Source: an uncultured Gemmatimonadaceae bacterium (GTDB taxonomy: Bacteria; Gemmatimonadota; Gemmatimonadetes; Gemmatimonadales; Gemmatimonadaceae). From it: DNA of 64,000 nucleotides. Positions 27,559 through 36,741 of this stretch are shown here, in pieces; the stretch's first letter is position 1; each line of letters begins with the position of its first letter. The stretch covers positions 32,001 through 96,000 of the forward strand of contig CAWFQK010000001.1 of assembly GCA_963817955.1 (NCBI GenBank). Reading direction: 5' to 3'. Position numbers and translations under genes: made by a program. The notes under the pieces are model-generated. The model was not told the origin of the DNA. It was given only the letters and a program-made list of their open reading frames with translations, and searched no databases.

Positions 27559-28098
27559 ATGAGCGACGATGCAGCCGACGTTCAACGCGTGTTGGCGGGA
27601 GACGCTGATGCATACGCCGCACTCGTTGACCGGTATTACGATCGGTGTGCTCGATTCGCGGTTCGCATGTTGGGAAGCCGCGACGACGCGGAAGATGCGC
27701 TGCAAGCCACCTTCTTGCGGGCGTATCGGGCACTTGATCGGTATCAGGAGCGCGATCGATTCAGTGCGTGGCTGTATCGGATTCTGGTGAATCAGTGCCG
27801 GAGCGTCGCCGCGCGCCGCGCGCATCGTGATCGGGTGTTTGTACGCGAGGAAGCATTGCTGCTGAATGCACCGGATCTGTCGGTGTCGTGGTCAGCGGAA
27901 GACGAGGAATATGTTCAGCGCGTGCTCAATGAGTTGGACCCGTTGTTGCGAGAAGCATTTCTGCTGAAGCACATCGAAGAGTTGAGTTACGAGGAGATGT
28001 CGGCGTTGACCGGTGTTGGAGTCTCCGCGTTGAAGATGCGTGTCAAGCGCGCGTGCGATCGGCTGCGCGAAAGGTGGGAGCGGATCAAGGATGATTGA
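27559..28098 (+). CDS. ECF sigma-70 factor
   Basis: Region 2 (DAEDALQATFLRAY, FSAWLYRI) and region 4 (LSYEEMSALTGV...KMRVKRA). Confidence 0.95.
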   Translation: MSDDAADVQRVLAGDADAYAALVDRYYDRCARFAVRMLGSRDDAEDALQATFLRAYRALDRYQERDRFSAWLYRILVNQCRSVAARRAHRDRVFVREEALLLNAPDLSVSWSAEDEEYVQRVLNELDPLLREAFLLKHIEELSYEEMSALTGVGVSALKMRVKRACDRLRERWERIKDD

Positions 28099-28687
28099 CT
28101 CGAATCAGGACTCGCAGGACACATATATCGAATGGCTCGCCCGTGAGGCACGCCGCCCGGTCGCAACTGACCCTGCGGCGCGTGCGCGCATCATGGCGGC
28201 TGTTCGCATGGAGCCCGTCCCGCATCGCCACCACGGCTTCTGGGCGCGGCTCGGCGAGCCACGCGCGTTCTCCTTGAGTCCCGTCGGCAGCGTGTTGCTC
28301 GCGGCCGGCCTCGTCGGCATCGGAGTCGTTGTCGGCGGGATCACGAATAACCGGGACGGCCGTCAGGCCGGGCAACCTTCGGTTGCTGTTGCTCCGCAGC
28401 TCCCGGTTTCTGACACGGTCGTCAAGTTTGTCTTCATCGCTCCGCAAGCCGGACAAGTCTCGGTGGTTGGTGATTTCAACGGCTGGGATGCGACGAAGAC
28501 GCCCATGGTTCGCGCAGCAAACAGCGGACTGTGGACGGTGGCATTGCCACTGACGGCTGGTCGCCATGTGTACGCGTACGTCGTTGATGGTTCCTGGAGT
28601 GCCGATCCGAGCGCGCCGCTCGCGCCCGATGATGGGTTCGGCCATGCCAATTCCGTCAAGATCGTTCGGAAAGGATCTGCGCTGTGA
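28091..28687 (+). CDS. putative anti-sigma factor: one TM plus CBM48/AMPK-beta-like glycogen-binding domain
   Basis: TM VLLAAGLVGIGVVVGGI; VSVVGDFNGWD...GLWTVALPLTAGRHVYAYVVDG..DP; overlaps the sigma stop. Confidence 0.8.
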   Translation: MIDSNQDSQDTYIEWLAREARRPVATDPAARARIMAAVRMEPVPHRHHGFWARLGEPRAFSLSPVGSVLLAAGLVGIGVVVGGITNNRDGRQAGQPSVAVAPQLPVSDTVVKFVFIAPQAGQVSVVGDFNGWDATKTPMVRAANSGLWTVALPLTAGRHVYAYVVDGSWSADPSAPLAPDDGFGHANSVKIVRKGSAL

Positions 28688-29376
28688 TTCCCGACGTCGG
28701 ACTCTTTCGGATCCCCTCATTCTTCCGCCGCACGGTGGGACTGTCCATTCCCACAGTCGCCTTCGTGTTGGCGACTGCGTTACCGCTCGCGGCGCAAGAC
28801 CCCGATCCGTTCGCTCGCCTCGAGCCGAACGTGCGGTTCTCCATCGAGTTGCTCATGGACTCGGCGGCCTCCTCGGGGCTTCCCGCGCAGGCGCTGCGGT
28901 CCATGGCGCTTCAAGGCATCGCCAAGAAGGCGGATGGCAAGGACATCCTCAGGGCGGTGCACAAGGAATTCATTCTGCTGCGCGTCGCCCACGCCACGCT
29001 TGGCTCGGTGGACGCGGGAGAGCTCTCGGCGGCGGCGGCCGTTCTGCAGGCAGGCGCCAAGCAGAACCAGCTCGCGGCGTTCAAGGGCCGGCAGAAGGGT
29101 CGCAACGATCTCGAGGCATTCACCGTGTGGGCCGACCTGATCACACGGGGAGTTCCCAGTGAAGATGCGTCCTCAGCCATTACCAAGCTCTGGCAGGACG
29201 GGGCCGATGACGAAACGTTCCTCAGCTTGTGGAAGAACGTACAATCGGACATACTCCAAGGATTGAATCCGGGCGCTGCACTGCAGAACCGGATCCGGGA
29301 GACCCCCACCCCCGGGCGGACACCACCAAAAGTTTCGCCGCCCGCGGGGCAGCAGGAGAACCAAAGCTCGAGATAA
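28684..29376 (+). CDS. hypothetical secreted helical protein
   Basis: Signal peptide (ALPLAA|QD); GTGA overlap with the upstream gene. Confidence 0.75.
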   Translation: MIPDVGLFRIPSFFRRTVGLSIPTVAFVLATALPLAAQDPDPFARLEPNVRFSIELLMDSAASSGLPAQALRSMALQGIAKKADGKDILRAVHKEFILLRVAHATLGSVDAGELSAAAAVLQAGAKQNQLAAFKGRQKGRNDLEAFTVWADLITRGVPSEDASSAITKLWQDGADDETFLSLWKNVQSDILQGLNPGAALQNRIRETPTPGRTPPKVSPPAGQQENQSSR

Positions 29377-29377
29377 A

Positions 29378-30664
29378 ATGGACGAGCCGAAGGTCGCCAT
29401 CCTGATACTTGCTGCAGCGCTGCTGGTTCCCGTGAGAGGGGAGCTTGCAGCGCAGATTGTCTCCAAGGTGGAGGCCGGGCAGTACACAGTATCGAGCGGT
29501 GCCCTTCCGGTGAGTGCGTTGCGCTTTGCGCCCACCGTCCAATTCGAGGCGCCCTATACCAAGATCACGGCGCACGGCTCCGCGCTCGTCACGGAGCAGA
29601 ATCTCCAGCTCGCCGATGGCATTGTTTCCGGCACGTTCACGTCGCCTACTGTTTACGGTGTCCGCGCCGAGATGATCGGCAATGCTAGCCGAGCGATGGA
29701 TGATCGCTCGCTGGGCACCGATCAGGTGGACGTCCAGACACGCGTGCATGTGCTCTTTCACCAACACGGCGGCGTCTGGTTCGGCGGCGGAGTGGCGCGG
29801 CCCTGGCGTGTTGCCGTGATCTCGTCGGCCGACCTGACCGACGCCGGTGCCTGGGCAAAAATGGGCGGCGCAACGTCCAGATTCGGCGCTGCTACGTTGA
29901 CCGCCACATTCACGAATTTCTCGTTCACGAAAGTGGCTTCGGTCACTGACAGCGGAATTACATCGTTGTCGTGCGCGACTGGTTCCCTGACGCCCGATGT
30001 CAGCAGCAACAGTGTCCGTCCGCTGTTCGTCGAAAGCGTCAATCCGAGTGCGTGCGAGCGGCAGTCTCGATTCGGCGACCTCGAGGGGTCGGTCCATTGG
30101 GAGATCGGCGTCATCGAGCTGAATGCCCAGGTCGGCCGACGCTTCGGCGACTCATACGACGTGACGCCAGACTCCCGTGAGTGGAGCGCCGCGAGCGCGA
30201 CGATCTGGCTCAACGACCGAATCGCAATCGTCGGCGGCGGTGGCCGTCAGCCCGCACTACCCTTGCGCGGACTTCCCGCGCGGAGCTACGCCATGGGCGG
30301 CATCGAGCTCGCCTACTGGCCGATATCGAGGCCAGCGAGCGTTCCAGTTTCCCTGCCGCGCGCAGCGTTGTTGAAGAGCTTCGAGGTACGCCCTGCTGCG
30401 ATGGGCATGCAGAAGCTCACCATTCGCGTGGGCGGTGTGGAGACGGTAGACGTCATGGGCGACTTCAGCGATTGGAGCCCGCTCACACTGGCCCGCAAGG
30501 GACGCGACCTGTGGGAGCTGTCTATCCCCCTGTCAGCTGGCATGCACCAAATCAACGTGCGCGTCGATGGCGGTCCGTGGATGGCCCCGCCGGGAATCCC
30601 GTTGATGCACGACAACTTCAATGGTGATGTGGGGCTGATCGTGGTGACCGGGGATAGGCTGTAA
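29378..30664 (+). CDS. secreted beta-rich protein with C-terminal CBM48 glycogen-binding domain
   Basis: Signal peptide; alternating beta-strand pattern; VDVMGDFSDW...LWELSIPLSAGMHQINVRVDGGPW. Confidence 0.8.
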   Translation: MDEPKVAILILAAALLVPVRGELAAQIVSKVEAGQYTVSSGALPVSALRFAPTVQFEAPYTKITAHGSALVTEQNLQLADGIVSGTFTSPTVYGVRAEMIGNASRAMDDRSLGTDQVDVQTRVHVLFHQHGGVWFGGGVARPWRVAVISSADLTDAGAWAKMGGATSRFGAATLTATFTNFSFTKVASVTDSGITSLSCATGSLTPDVSSNSVRPLFVESVNPSACERQSRFGDLEGSVHWEIGVIELNAQVGRRFGDSYDVTPDSREWSAASATIWLNDRIAIVGGGGRQPALPLRGLPARSYAMGGIELAYWPISRPASVPVSLPRAALLKSFEVRPAAMGMQKLTIRVGGVETVDVMGDFSDWSPLTLARKGRDLWELSIPLSAGMHQINVRVDGGPWMAPPGIPLMHDNFNGDVGLIVVTGDRL

Positions 30665-30681
30665 GGCCTGGACGAGGTTCG

Positions 30682-31056
30682 TTACCGTCCATCGCCCGTC
30701 AGTTCCGACCAGCGATCCACCGCTCGCCGCATGTGCGGAATGACGATCGACCCACCGACGATCAAGCCGATGGACAGCGTTTCGAAAATGGCGTCGCGAG
30801 CCACTCCCTCCTCGGCGCAACGCACCAGGTGATACGTCACGCAATCGTCGCAGCGTAGCACCAGGGATGCGACGAGTCCCAGCAGCTCCTTCGTCTTCAC
30901 GTCCAACGCGCCCGCCTCATAGGCACGGCCGTCGAGTGCGAAGAAGCGGTTGATCACGAGATTGTCTTCGCCGAGTATCTCGGCGTTCATCCGCTCCCGA
31001 TACGCGCGAAATTCGGAGAGTGCGTTGCCATGGGCGTGATCGGTGGTATCGCTCAT
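30682..31056 (-). CDS. carboxymuconolactone decarboxylase / AhpD family protein
   Basis: ALDVKTKELLGLVASLVLRCDDCVTYH. Confidence 0.9.
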   Translation of the reverse strand: MSDTTDHAHGNALSEFRAYRERMNAEILGEDNLVINRFFALDGRAYEAGALDVKTKELLGLVASLVLRCDDCVTYHLVRCAEEGVARDAIFETLSIGLIVGGSIVIPHMRRAVDRWSELTGDGR

Positions 31057-31634
31057 TGTTTCCAGCTCCTCAGGGTGTCGAGCGTCTGTTCGACTGCCAG
31101 CCGCTGTGCCGGGTGCTCTGCCTCGGCGAGCAAGCCTTCGTACGTGGCAATGGCCAGTTCGAGCGCCACCGGATCCTCCTCGTCGTTCGCCAGGCTGGTG
31201 GCGTTGTCAGCCAGCGCCGCGCGCGCCAGCTGATCGGCGGGAAAGTGCTTCGTCACCTCCCGCCAGCGATCGACGCGCTTACGCAGATCGCTTTCCGCGA
31301 GTGCCCACATGTGCCAGGCGCCCCGGTTCTCAGGGTCGATCTGCTTGGCCCGCGCAGCGAGTTGCCCGACGACAGCCGGGCCGCGCCCCGTGAGCCAGTA
31401 CGAATTTGCCAATACCACCATCGCCTGCGCGTCGTTCGGCAACTCGCCAACGATCCGCTCGTACAACGGAATGATGACTTCGGGCATCTCGCGGTACGAC
31501 TGTGCAGCCGTCTCGAGGGCCTCCGGTGCTGTTCGACTGGCGAGCGCCTTGAGCCGGTCGAGGAGAATTCCCAGGTCGCCGGAACGTTGGTATTCCTCCA
31601 CGTAGGAGGTCAGTTCGTGCGAGGGATCAGACAC
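31053..31634 (-). CDS. hypothetical helical (TPR-like) protein
   Basis: Helical repeats (DPENRGAW); ATGA overlap with the CMD gene. GTG start is inferred. Confidence 0.7.
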   Translation of the reverse strand: MSDPSHELTSYVEEYQRSGDLGILLDRLKALASRTAPEALETAAQSYREMPEVIIPLYERIVGELPNDAQAMVVLANSYWLTGRGPAVVGQLAARAKQIDPENRGAWHMWALAESDLRKRVDRWREVTKHFPADQLARAALADNATSLANDEEDPVALELAIATYEGLLAEAEHPAQRLAVEQTLDTLRSWKQ

Positions 31635-31653
31635 GGGATCGAGATACGGGATT

Positions 31654-31795
31654 GAGACACGGGACACGGGACACGGGACACGGGAAACTCACAACGCATA
31701 ACGCACCACTGGAAACTCGAAACTCGCCGACCGGCGGGCCGGTCGGTACGGAGCAGCCAGCGACATCCAGCCAGACTAGAGGCCGGAGTCCAATC
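31654..31795 (+). repeat. dispersed ~140-bp repeat, copy A (heptamer array plus conserved tail)
   Basis: (GRGACAC)n GGGAAAC TCACAAC...TGGAAAC TCGAAAC TCGCCGACCGG...TACGGAGCAGCCAGCGACA...CCGGAGTCCAATC; matches the reverse complement of 41616-41742. Confidence 0.85.
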
Positions 31796-31862
31796 TCGCT
31801 GTACCGGCCGGCGGGAGTGGCCGGCAAACCACGCCCCCCCGCGCGACGATTATGGAGTCGCG

Positions 31863-32057
31863 TTAGCCATCGCGGAGCTTGTCGCGCAGCGCATCTACGC
31901 GCGCCAGGAGGGCCTTGGGGTCGGGTGGTGTGGCCGCCACGACCTGTTCGAGGGCCACGAGGATCTCGCTGTTCAAGCTGCGGCGATGCTCGGCGGGGCG
32001 TTCCTTGAGTCGCAAGTAGAGGGCGTCGGGCATCCCCTTTATGGTCAGGGTCGGCAT
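31863..32057 (-). CDS. Arc/FitA-like ribbon-helix-helix antitoxin (orphan)
   Basis: MPTLTIKGMPDALYLRLKER..EHRRSLNSEI; palindrome GTGGTACCAC upstream. Confidence 0.75.
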   Translation of the reverse strand: MPTLTIKGMPDALYLRLKERPAEHRRSLNSEILVALEQVVAATPPDPKALLARVDALRDKLRDG

Positions 32058-32306
32058 GTGGTCTCGGCAGAGAAATCCATTGTGGTACCACTCTGGAGCC
32101 TATCATTGGTGGCAGTCGATGGCCAAGGACCAGTAGACGCCCTCAGCGACCTCCGCCGTAACAGCCTTCTTCGCCGTCGCGGCAACCAGCTTTCGACAGT
32201 CCCAGGAACCCATCAATTTGCCCACTCATTTCCGCGATGGCCCAAAAATAGGCACACGGCACGAAGTTCGCAGCGCCGGGTATCAAGGGAAAGGGAGAAT
32301 CCAGGG

Positions 32307-32335
32307 TTGCGCCAGACGCGATAGTTGGCGATACT
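32307..32335 (+). promoter_or_regulatory. putative sigma70 promoter of rho
   Basis: TTGCGC-17 bp-GATACT, about 360 nt upstream of the rho ATG. Confidence 0.4.
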
Positions 32336-32694
32336 CTTGGCGTACCGCCGGTACGACCGCGACGTCGTCCCTCCGGCCCGCACACCCAGGGTCCCGGGTC
32401 GCTTGCTGATTGAGCAACCAGGGTTGGGCGTCGAGAGCCGCGCCGTAGCGCCAGCATCGTTGAATTCGCGTGAGGTGTCCGCGCGCCGACGATTCCGACA
32501 GCAGAACATACGTCGCGTCGATTTTTTTATCCGTCATTGATCGCGTTTCTTCGCCCGCAGAGCGTTAGCCGCGAGCGATCCCGACGAGCGTAGTCCATGA
32601 GTGCGCACATGCGTTGGACACGACTCGAGCAGAGGCAGGGCCCGCGCAGCGCGGGCGCATCCGAAACAGATTCACCTTTTTACCCAACAGTAGC

Positions 32695-34401
32695 ATGAAC
32701 GAACGTCGACGCCCCCCTCGTCGTGGACGCGGGCAACGTCCGCCTCGCTCCAATGGAGAGGCTGGTGACAACCCGTATCGCGAGGAAACGGAGGGTGCCG
32801 GTGGCGGCGAGGCTGTAGCCGAGCGCGTCACTCAGACCGAAGCGGAACCGGATTCTGCACCGAAAGCAGAGCGGTACGCACCCGCCGAAGCGCCACTGCC
32901 TGAGGCGACGGAGAGCCGAGACGAGCCGCGCACCCGTCCTAACCGCGACGAGAACGGAGCGGATTCCGGAACCAACACCAGAGCCGACGGCGGCGAAACT
33001 TCCCCCGTTGGTCAGAGTCAGTCGACGCCCGTTGCCCCACGCGACCGCGCTGAACGACTGGACCGCGGGGACCGCGGAGATCGCGGAGACCGCGGAGATC
33101 GCGGAGACCGCGGAGACCGCGGAGATCGCGGAGACCGTGGAGATCGCGGAGACCGCGGAGATCGTGGAGACCGGGGCGACGGACGCAATGGACGCCGTCA
33201 TCGTCGCGGTCGTGGACGCGGTGGTCCGCGCACCAGAGAGGCGGTTCAGCCGCAGGCGCCGCAACAGACCGTCCAGATCACCGCAACAGGTGAGATGCGC
33301 GGCTGGTTCGAGGGCGCCCGCGACGCCGGCTTCATTCGCCGGCCGGGCAATAGTTATCTCGCCGACGCCGGCGATGCGTACGTTCCACCCCAGATCGTCC
33401 GCCAGTACGCGCTCCGTCGCGCCGATCTCATTGACGCGACCATCGGCATTGATCCGCGTGGCCGGCCAACCGTGGTCGAGATCCGTTCGATCAACGATGT
33501 CGATCCGGAGCTCGCAGCCAAACGTCCGGACTTCAACTCGCTCCCGGCATCCTACCCCGAGCGTAAGCTGTACATGGAGACGGGACGTCCCGCCAAAGGC
33601 GGCCCGGAACTCACGCGCCGCGCCATCGACCTCATCGCGCCAATCGGATATGGCCAGCGGGCGCTGATCGTCGCGCCAGCCCGTGCCGGCAAGACCACCA
33701 TATTGCACGCCATCACAGAAGGCGTCGCGATCAACCATCCCAACGCAACGCTGCTCATTCTGCTCGTCGACGAGCGTCCTGAGGAAGTCAGCGAGGCCAT
33801 CTCGTGGGGTGTCGGCGAGGTTGTGTCATCAAGCTTCGACCAGCCAGCCCAGCGTCATGTGGAAGTGACGGAAATGGTGCTCAACCGTGCTCACCGTCTC
33901 GTGGAGATGGGCAAGGACGTGGTCATCGTACTCGACTCGCTCACCCGCATGGCCCGCGCGCACAACACGGCGGAACGCGGCACGGGGCGCACCCTCTCGG
34001 GCGGCCTCGATGCGACGGCAATGGCGAAGCCAAAGGCGTTCTTTGGATCCGCTCGCTCCATTCCCGATTCATCGGGTGGTGGTTCCCTCACGATCATCGC
34101 CACGGCGCTCGTCGAAACCGGCTCGCGCATGGATGACGTAATCTTCGAAGAGTTCAAGGGCACCGGGAACTGCGAGATAAAGCTCGATCGTGGCCTGGCG
34201 GAAAAGCGCATCTATCCGGCGATCGACATCGGGACGAGCGGCACGCGTCGCGAAGAGAAGCTCTTTCGCCCCGACCAGATCGACAGTGTCTTCACGCTCC
34301 GCCGCGGCCTGAGCCAGATGCCGCCGCAATCGGCAATGGAGTGGTTGATCAAGCGGATCGCGGCGACGCCGAGCAATGACGCCCTCCTGGCAGGTTTGTA
34401 G
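32695..34401 (+). CDS. rho: transcription termination factor Rho with N-terminal disordered insertion
   Basis: DLIAPIGYGQRALIVAPARAGKT, LLVDERPEEV, LSGGLD, IFEEFKGTGN. Confidence 0.97.
   Translation: MNERRRPPRRGRGQRPPRSNGEAGDNPYREETEGAGGGEAVAERVTQTEAEPDSAPKAERYAPAEAPLPEATESRDEPRTRPNRDENGADSGTNTRADGGETSPVGQSQSTPVAPRDRAERLDRGDRGDRGDRGDRGDRGDRGDRGDRGDRGDRGDRGDRGDGRNGRRHRRGRGRGGPRTREAVQPQAPQQTVQITATGEMRGWFEGARDAGFIRRPGNSYLADAGDAYVPPQIVRQYALRRADLIDATIGIDPRGRPTVVEIRSINDVDPELAAKRPDFNSLPASYPERKLYMETGRPAKGGPELTRRAIDLIAPIGYGQRALIVAPARAGKTTILHAITEGVAINHPNATLLILLVDERPEEVSEAISWGVGEVVSSSFDQPAQRHVEVTEMVLNRAHRLVEMGKDVVIVLDSLTRMARAHNTAERGTGRTLSGGLDATAMAKPKAFFGSARSIPDSSGGGSLTIIATALVETGSRMDDVIFEEFKGTGNCEIKLDRGLAEKRIYPAIDIGTSGTRREEKLFRPDQIDSVFTLRRGLSQMPPQSAMEWLIKRIAATPSNDALLAGL
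33061..33180 (+). repeat. in-frame 9-bp tandem repeat encoding (DRG)13
   Basis: GAYCGYGGR units read directly. Confidence 0.95.
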
Positions 34402-34509
34402 ACATCGGGTATAAGGCAAACTCTTCTGGCCTTGGGCGGCCGGCCGAGTCAGCCATTCCCCGCCTGTAGCGACCAAGCGGTCTAGGCCTTGCTGGTTCGC
34501 GGCAGCGCC

Positions 34510-36741
34510 ATGCGCTGCCCACTACTCATGCGGGCGCTCGTCGCGTGGGTGGGCCTGGCCTGCGTGCCAGCCCTCCATGCCCAGAGCGGCCATAGTCAAA
34601 ACGAATCACCCGACGTTCGAAAGCTCACCCTGGCCGGGGTCAAACAGGTTGACGTGGTTGACCTCGCCAAGAGCATTTCGACGCAGGCCTCCAGGTGCAG
34701 AAGTCTGCTCCTGGAGCCATTCTGCCTGTTCAGCCACTCGCCCACGTTCGAGGAAAAGCACTACCTGAACCACGACGAGTTGCGACGGGACGTCCTGCGC
34801 ATACGGCTGTACTACTGGAAGCGCGGCTATCGCGAGGCGGAGGCCGATACCAGCGTCGAGCGCATAGGGGAGAACCAGGTCGCCGTCACCTTCAATATCC
34901 GGGAAGGACGGCCAACGCTCGTTCGCAAGATCGCCATTACGTACGACTCGGCGCTGATCAGCCCGAAAGTGCGCGATCGCTTGACGCTGCTGCACGCCAA
35001 CGACCCCCTCGACCTCATCGTGCTCGACTCGATGCGCGTCTTGTTCCAGAACGAGATCTGGGACCAAGGCTTCGGCGACGCGGTCGCCGATACCAGCGTC
35101 ACGATAGACCAACCGGCCTATCTCGCCGACGTCCACCTCACGGTCACACCGAACCGGCGCACCACCATCGGCCGCATCACCGTGAGCGGCAATCAGAAGG
35201 TGGATCTGCAGACCATCAAGACCTTCATCACGTTCACGACCGGCGATCTCTACCGGCAATCGAGCATTCTCGAAAGTCAGCGCAACCTCTACGAGTCGAA
35301 TCTGTTCCGGCTGGCCGCCATCGACGTGCCGCCGCAGTACGACACAGTCAAGAACGTCAACATCGACCTGACGGAGGCGCCGCTGCACGAAGCACGCGTC
35401 GGCCCAGGCCTGACGAACGTCGATTTCGTTCAATTCCAGACCCACTACACCAGCTACAACCTGTTCGGCGGCGCACGGCGGCTCGACGTCGATGGTACGG
35501 TCGGCAACCTGTTCGCGCCGTCGCTGCAGGGGCGGGGCATCTTCCGCAACGTGCGCGCCGACGTTCCGGACAGCAACCTGGCGCCCTATCTACAACCGAC
35601 ATACACCGCCAGCATCGACTTCAAGCAGCCGGCGTTTCTGGGGCGGACGGCCGACCAGGCGGGCATCGGCACGTTCACGCACCGGACGATCAACCCCGGC
35701 GTGTTCATCGACCGCGGCTATGGCGGTCAGGCAACGTTCACACATCTCCTGAGTAGTCGTGCGCCGCTGAGCCTCAACTACCGCTACGAGCTCAACCGCG
35801 TTGACGCCAGCGACGTGTATTTCTGCGTGAACTTCGGTGTGTGCGACCCGCTGACGATCGGCGCGCTGCGCTCGCATCAGTCGTTGTCGCCACTCACGTT
35901 GACGGGCTTCATCGACCGGACGGACCAACCGTTCGAGCCAACAAAGGGCTACGTGGCCCGCCTCGACCTCGAGAATGCGTCGGCATATACGGGTTCCGAC
36001 TACCGGTACAATCGCATCTTCCTGGACGTGTCTGCGTACACGCATCGCAGCCGAACAAAGGACGTTTTCTCGGCGCACCTTCGGGTTGGGTGGGTCCGAG
36101 CGCTGGCGAGCGGCACAGACAGCGGCGTGCTCCATCCGCGAAAACGGTTCTACGCGGGCGGAGCGAACTCCGTGCGCGGCTACGCGGAGAACCAACTCGG
36201 ACCACGCATTCTGACGATCGATGACTCGACGCTCGCGAAAGCGTCGAGCATTGGCGGCGGCGTGTGCGCGCCAACGTTCGACGGAATCAAGTTCTGCGAC
36301 CCCAACTCGCCAGCGCTGGCGCGCAGCGATTTCCTGCCGCAGCCACTCGGCGGCACGTCGCTGCTCGAGGGAGGAATCGAGTATCGATTCCCGCTCGCGC
36401 TGGGACCGACCCTCCGCAATTTCGTCGGCGCGGTGTTCCTCGACGGCGGCATCGTGGGCTCGGCCAACATCCGGGGCCTGCGAACGATCACCAATATCGT
36501 CAAGGGTACGGGCGCCATTACGCCTGGCTTCGGCGTTCGCTACGAATCGGCCGTCGGCCCCATCCGCGTCGATTTCGGCATCAATCCCAACCGCGCCGAA
36601 ATTCTCGGCGTCGTCACCGCGGTGCGTGACAGCACGGGCGTGACGCGGATCGTACCGCTGCCGACACCAAAGCGCTACACGCAAGGCTCGACGCTGCTCA
36701 GTCGTCTGACACTGCACTTCTCGATCGGCGAGGCCTACTGA
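34510..36741 (+). CDS. BamA/TamA (Omp85) family outer membrane protein
   Basis: Signal peptide, POTRA-like N-terminus, FYAGGANSVRGY, VGPIRVD, terminal HFSIGEAY. Confidence 0.9.
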   Translation: MRCPLLMRALVAWVGLACVPALHAQSGHSQNESPDVRKLTLAGVKQVDVVDLAKSISTQASRCRSLLLEPFCLFSHSPTFEEKHYLNHDELRRDVLRIRLYYWKRGYREAEADTSVERIGENQVAVTFNIREGRPTLVRKIAITYDSALISPKVRDRLTLLHANDPLDLIVLDSMRVLFQNEIWDQGFGDAVADTSVTIDQPAYLADVHLTVTPNRRTTIGRITVSGNQKVDLQTIKTFITFTTGDLYRQSSILESQRNLYESNLFRLAAIDVPPQYDTVKNVNIDLTEAPLHEARVGPGLTNVDFVQFQTHYTSYNLFGGARRLDVDGTVGNLFAPSLQGRGIFRNVRADVPDSNLAPYLQPTYTASIDFKQPAFLGRTADQAGIGTFTHRTINPGVFIDRGYGGQATFTHLLSSRAPLSLNYRYELNRVDASDVYFCVNFGVCDPLTIGALRSHQSLSPLTLTGFIDRTDQPFEPTKGYVARLDLENASAYTGSDYRYNRIFLDVSAYTHRSRTKDVFSAHLRVGWVRALASGTDSGVLHPRKRFYAGGANSVRGYAENQLGPRILTIDDSTLAKASSIGGGVCAPTFDGIKFCDPNSPALARSDFLPQPLGGTSLLEGGIEYRFPLALGPTLRNFVGAVFLDGGIVGSANIRGLRTITNIVKGTGAITPGFGVRYESAVGPIRVDFGINPNRAEILGVVTAVRDSTGVTRIVPLPTPKRYTQGSTLLSRLTLHFSIGEAY

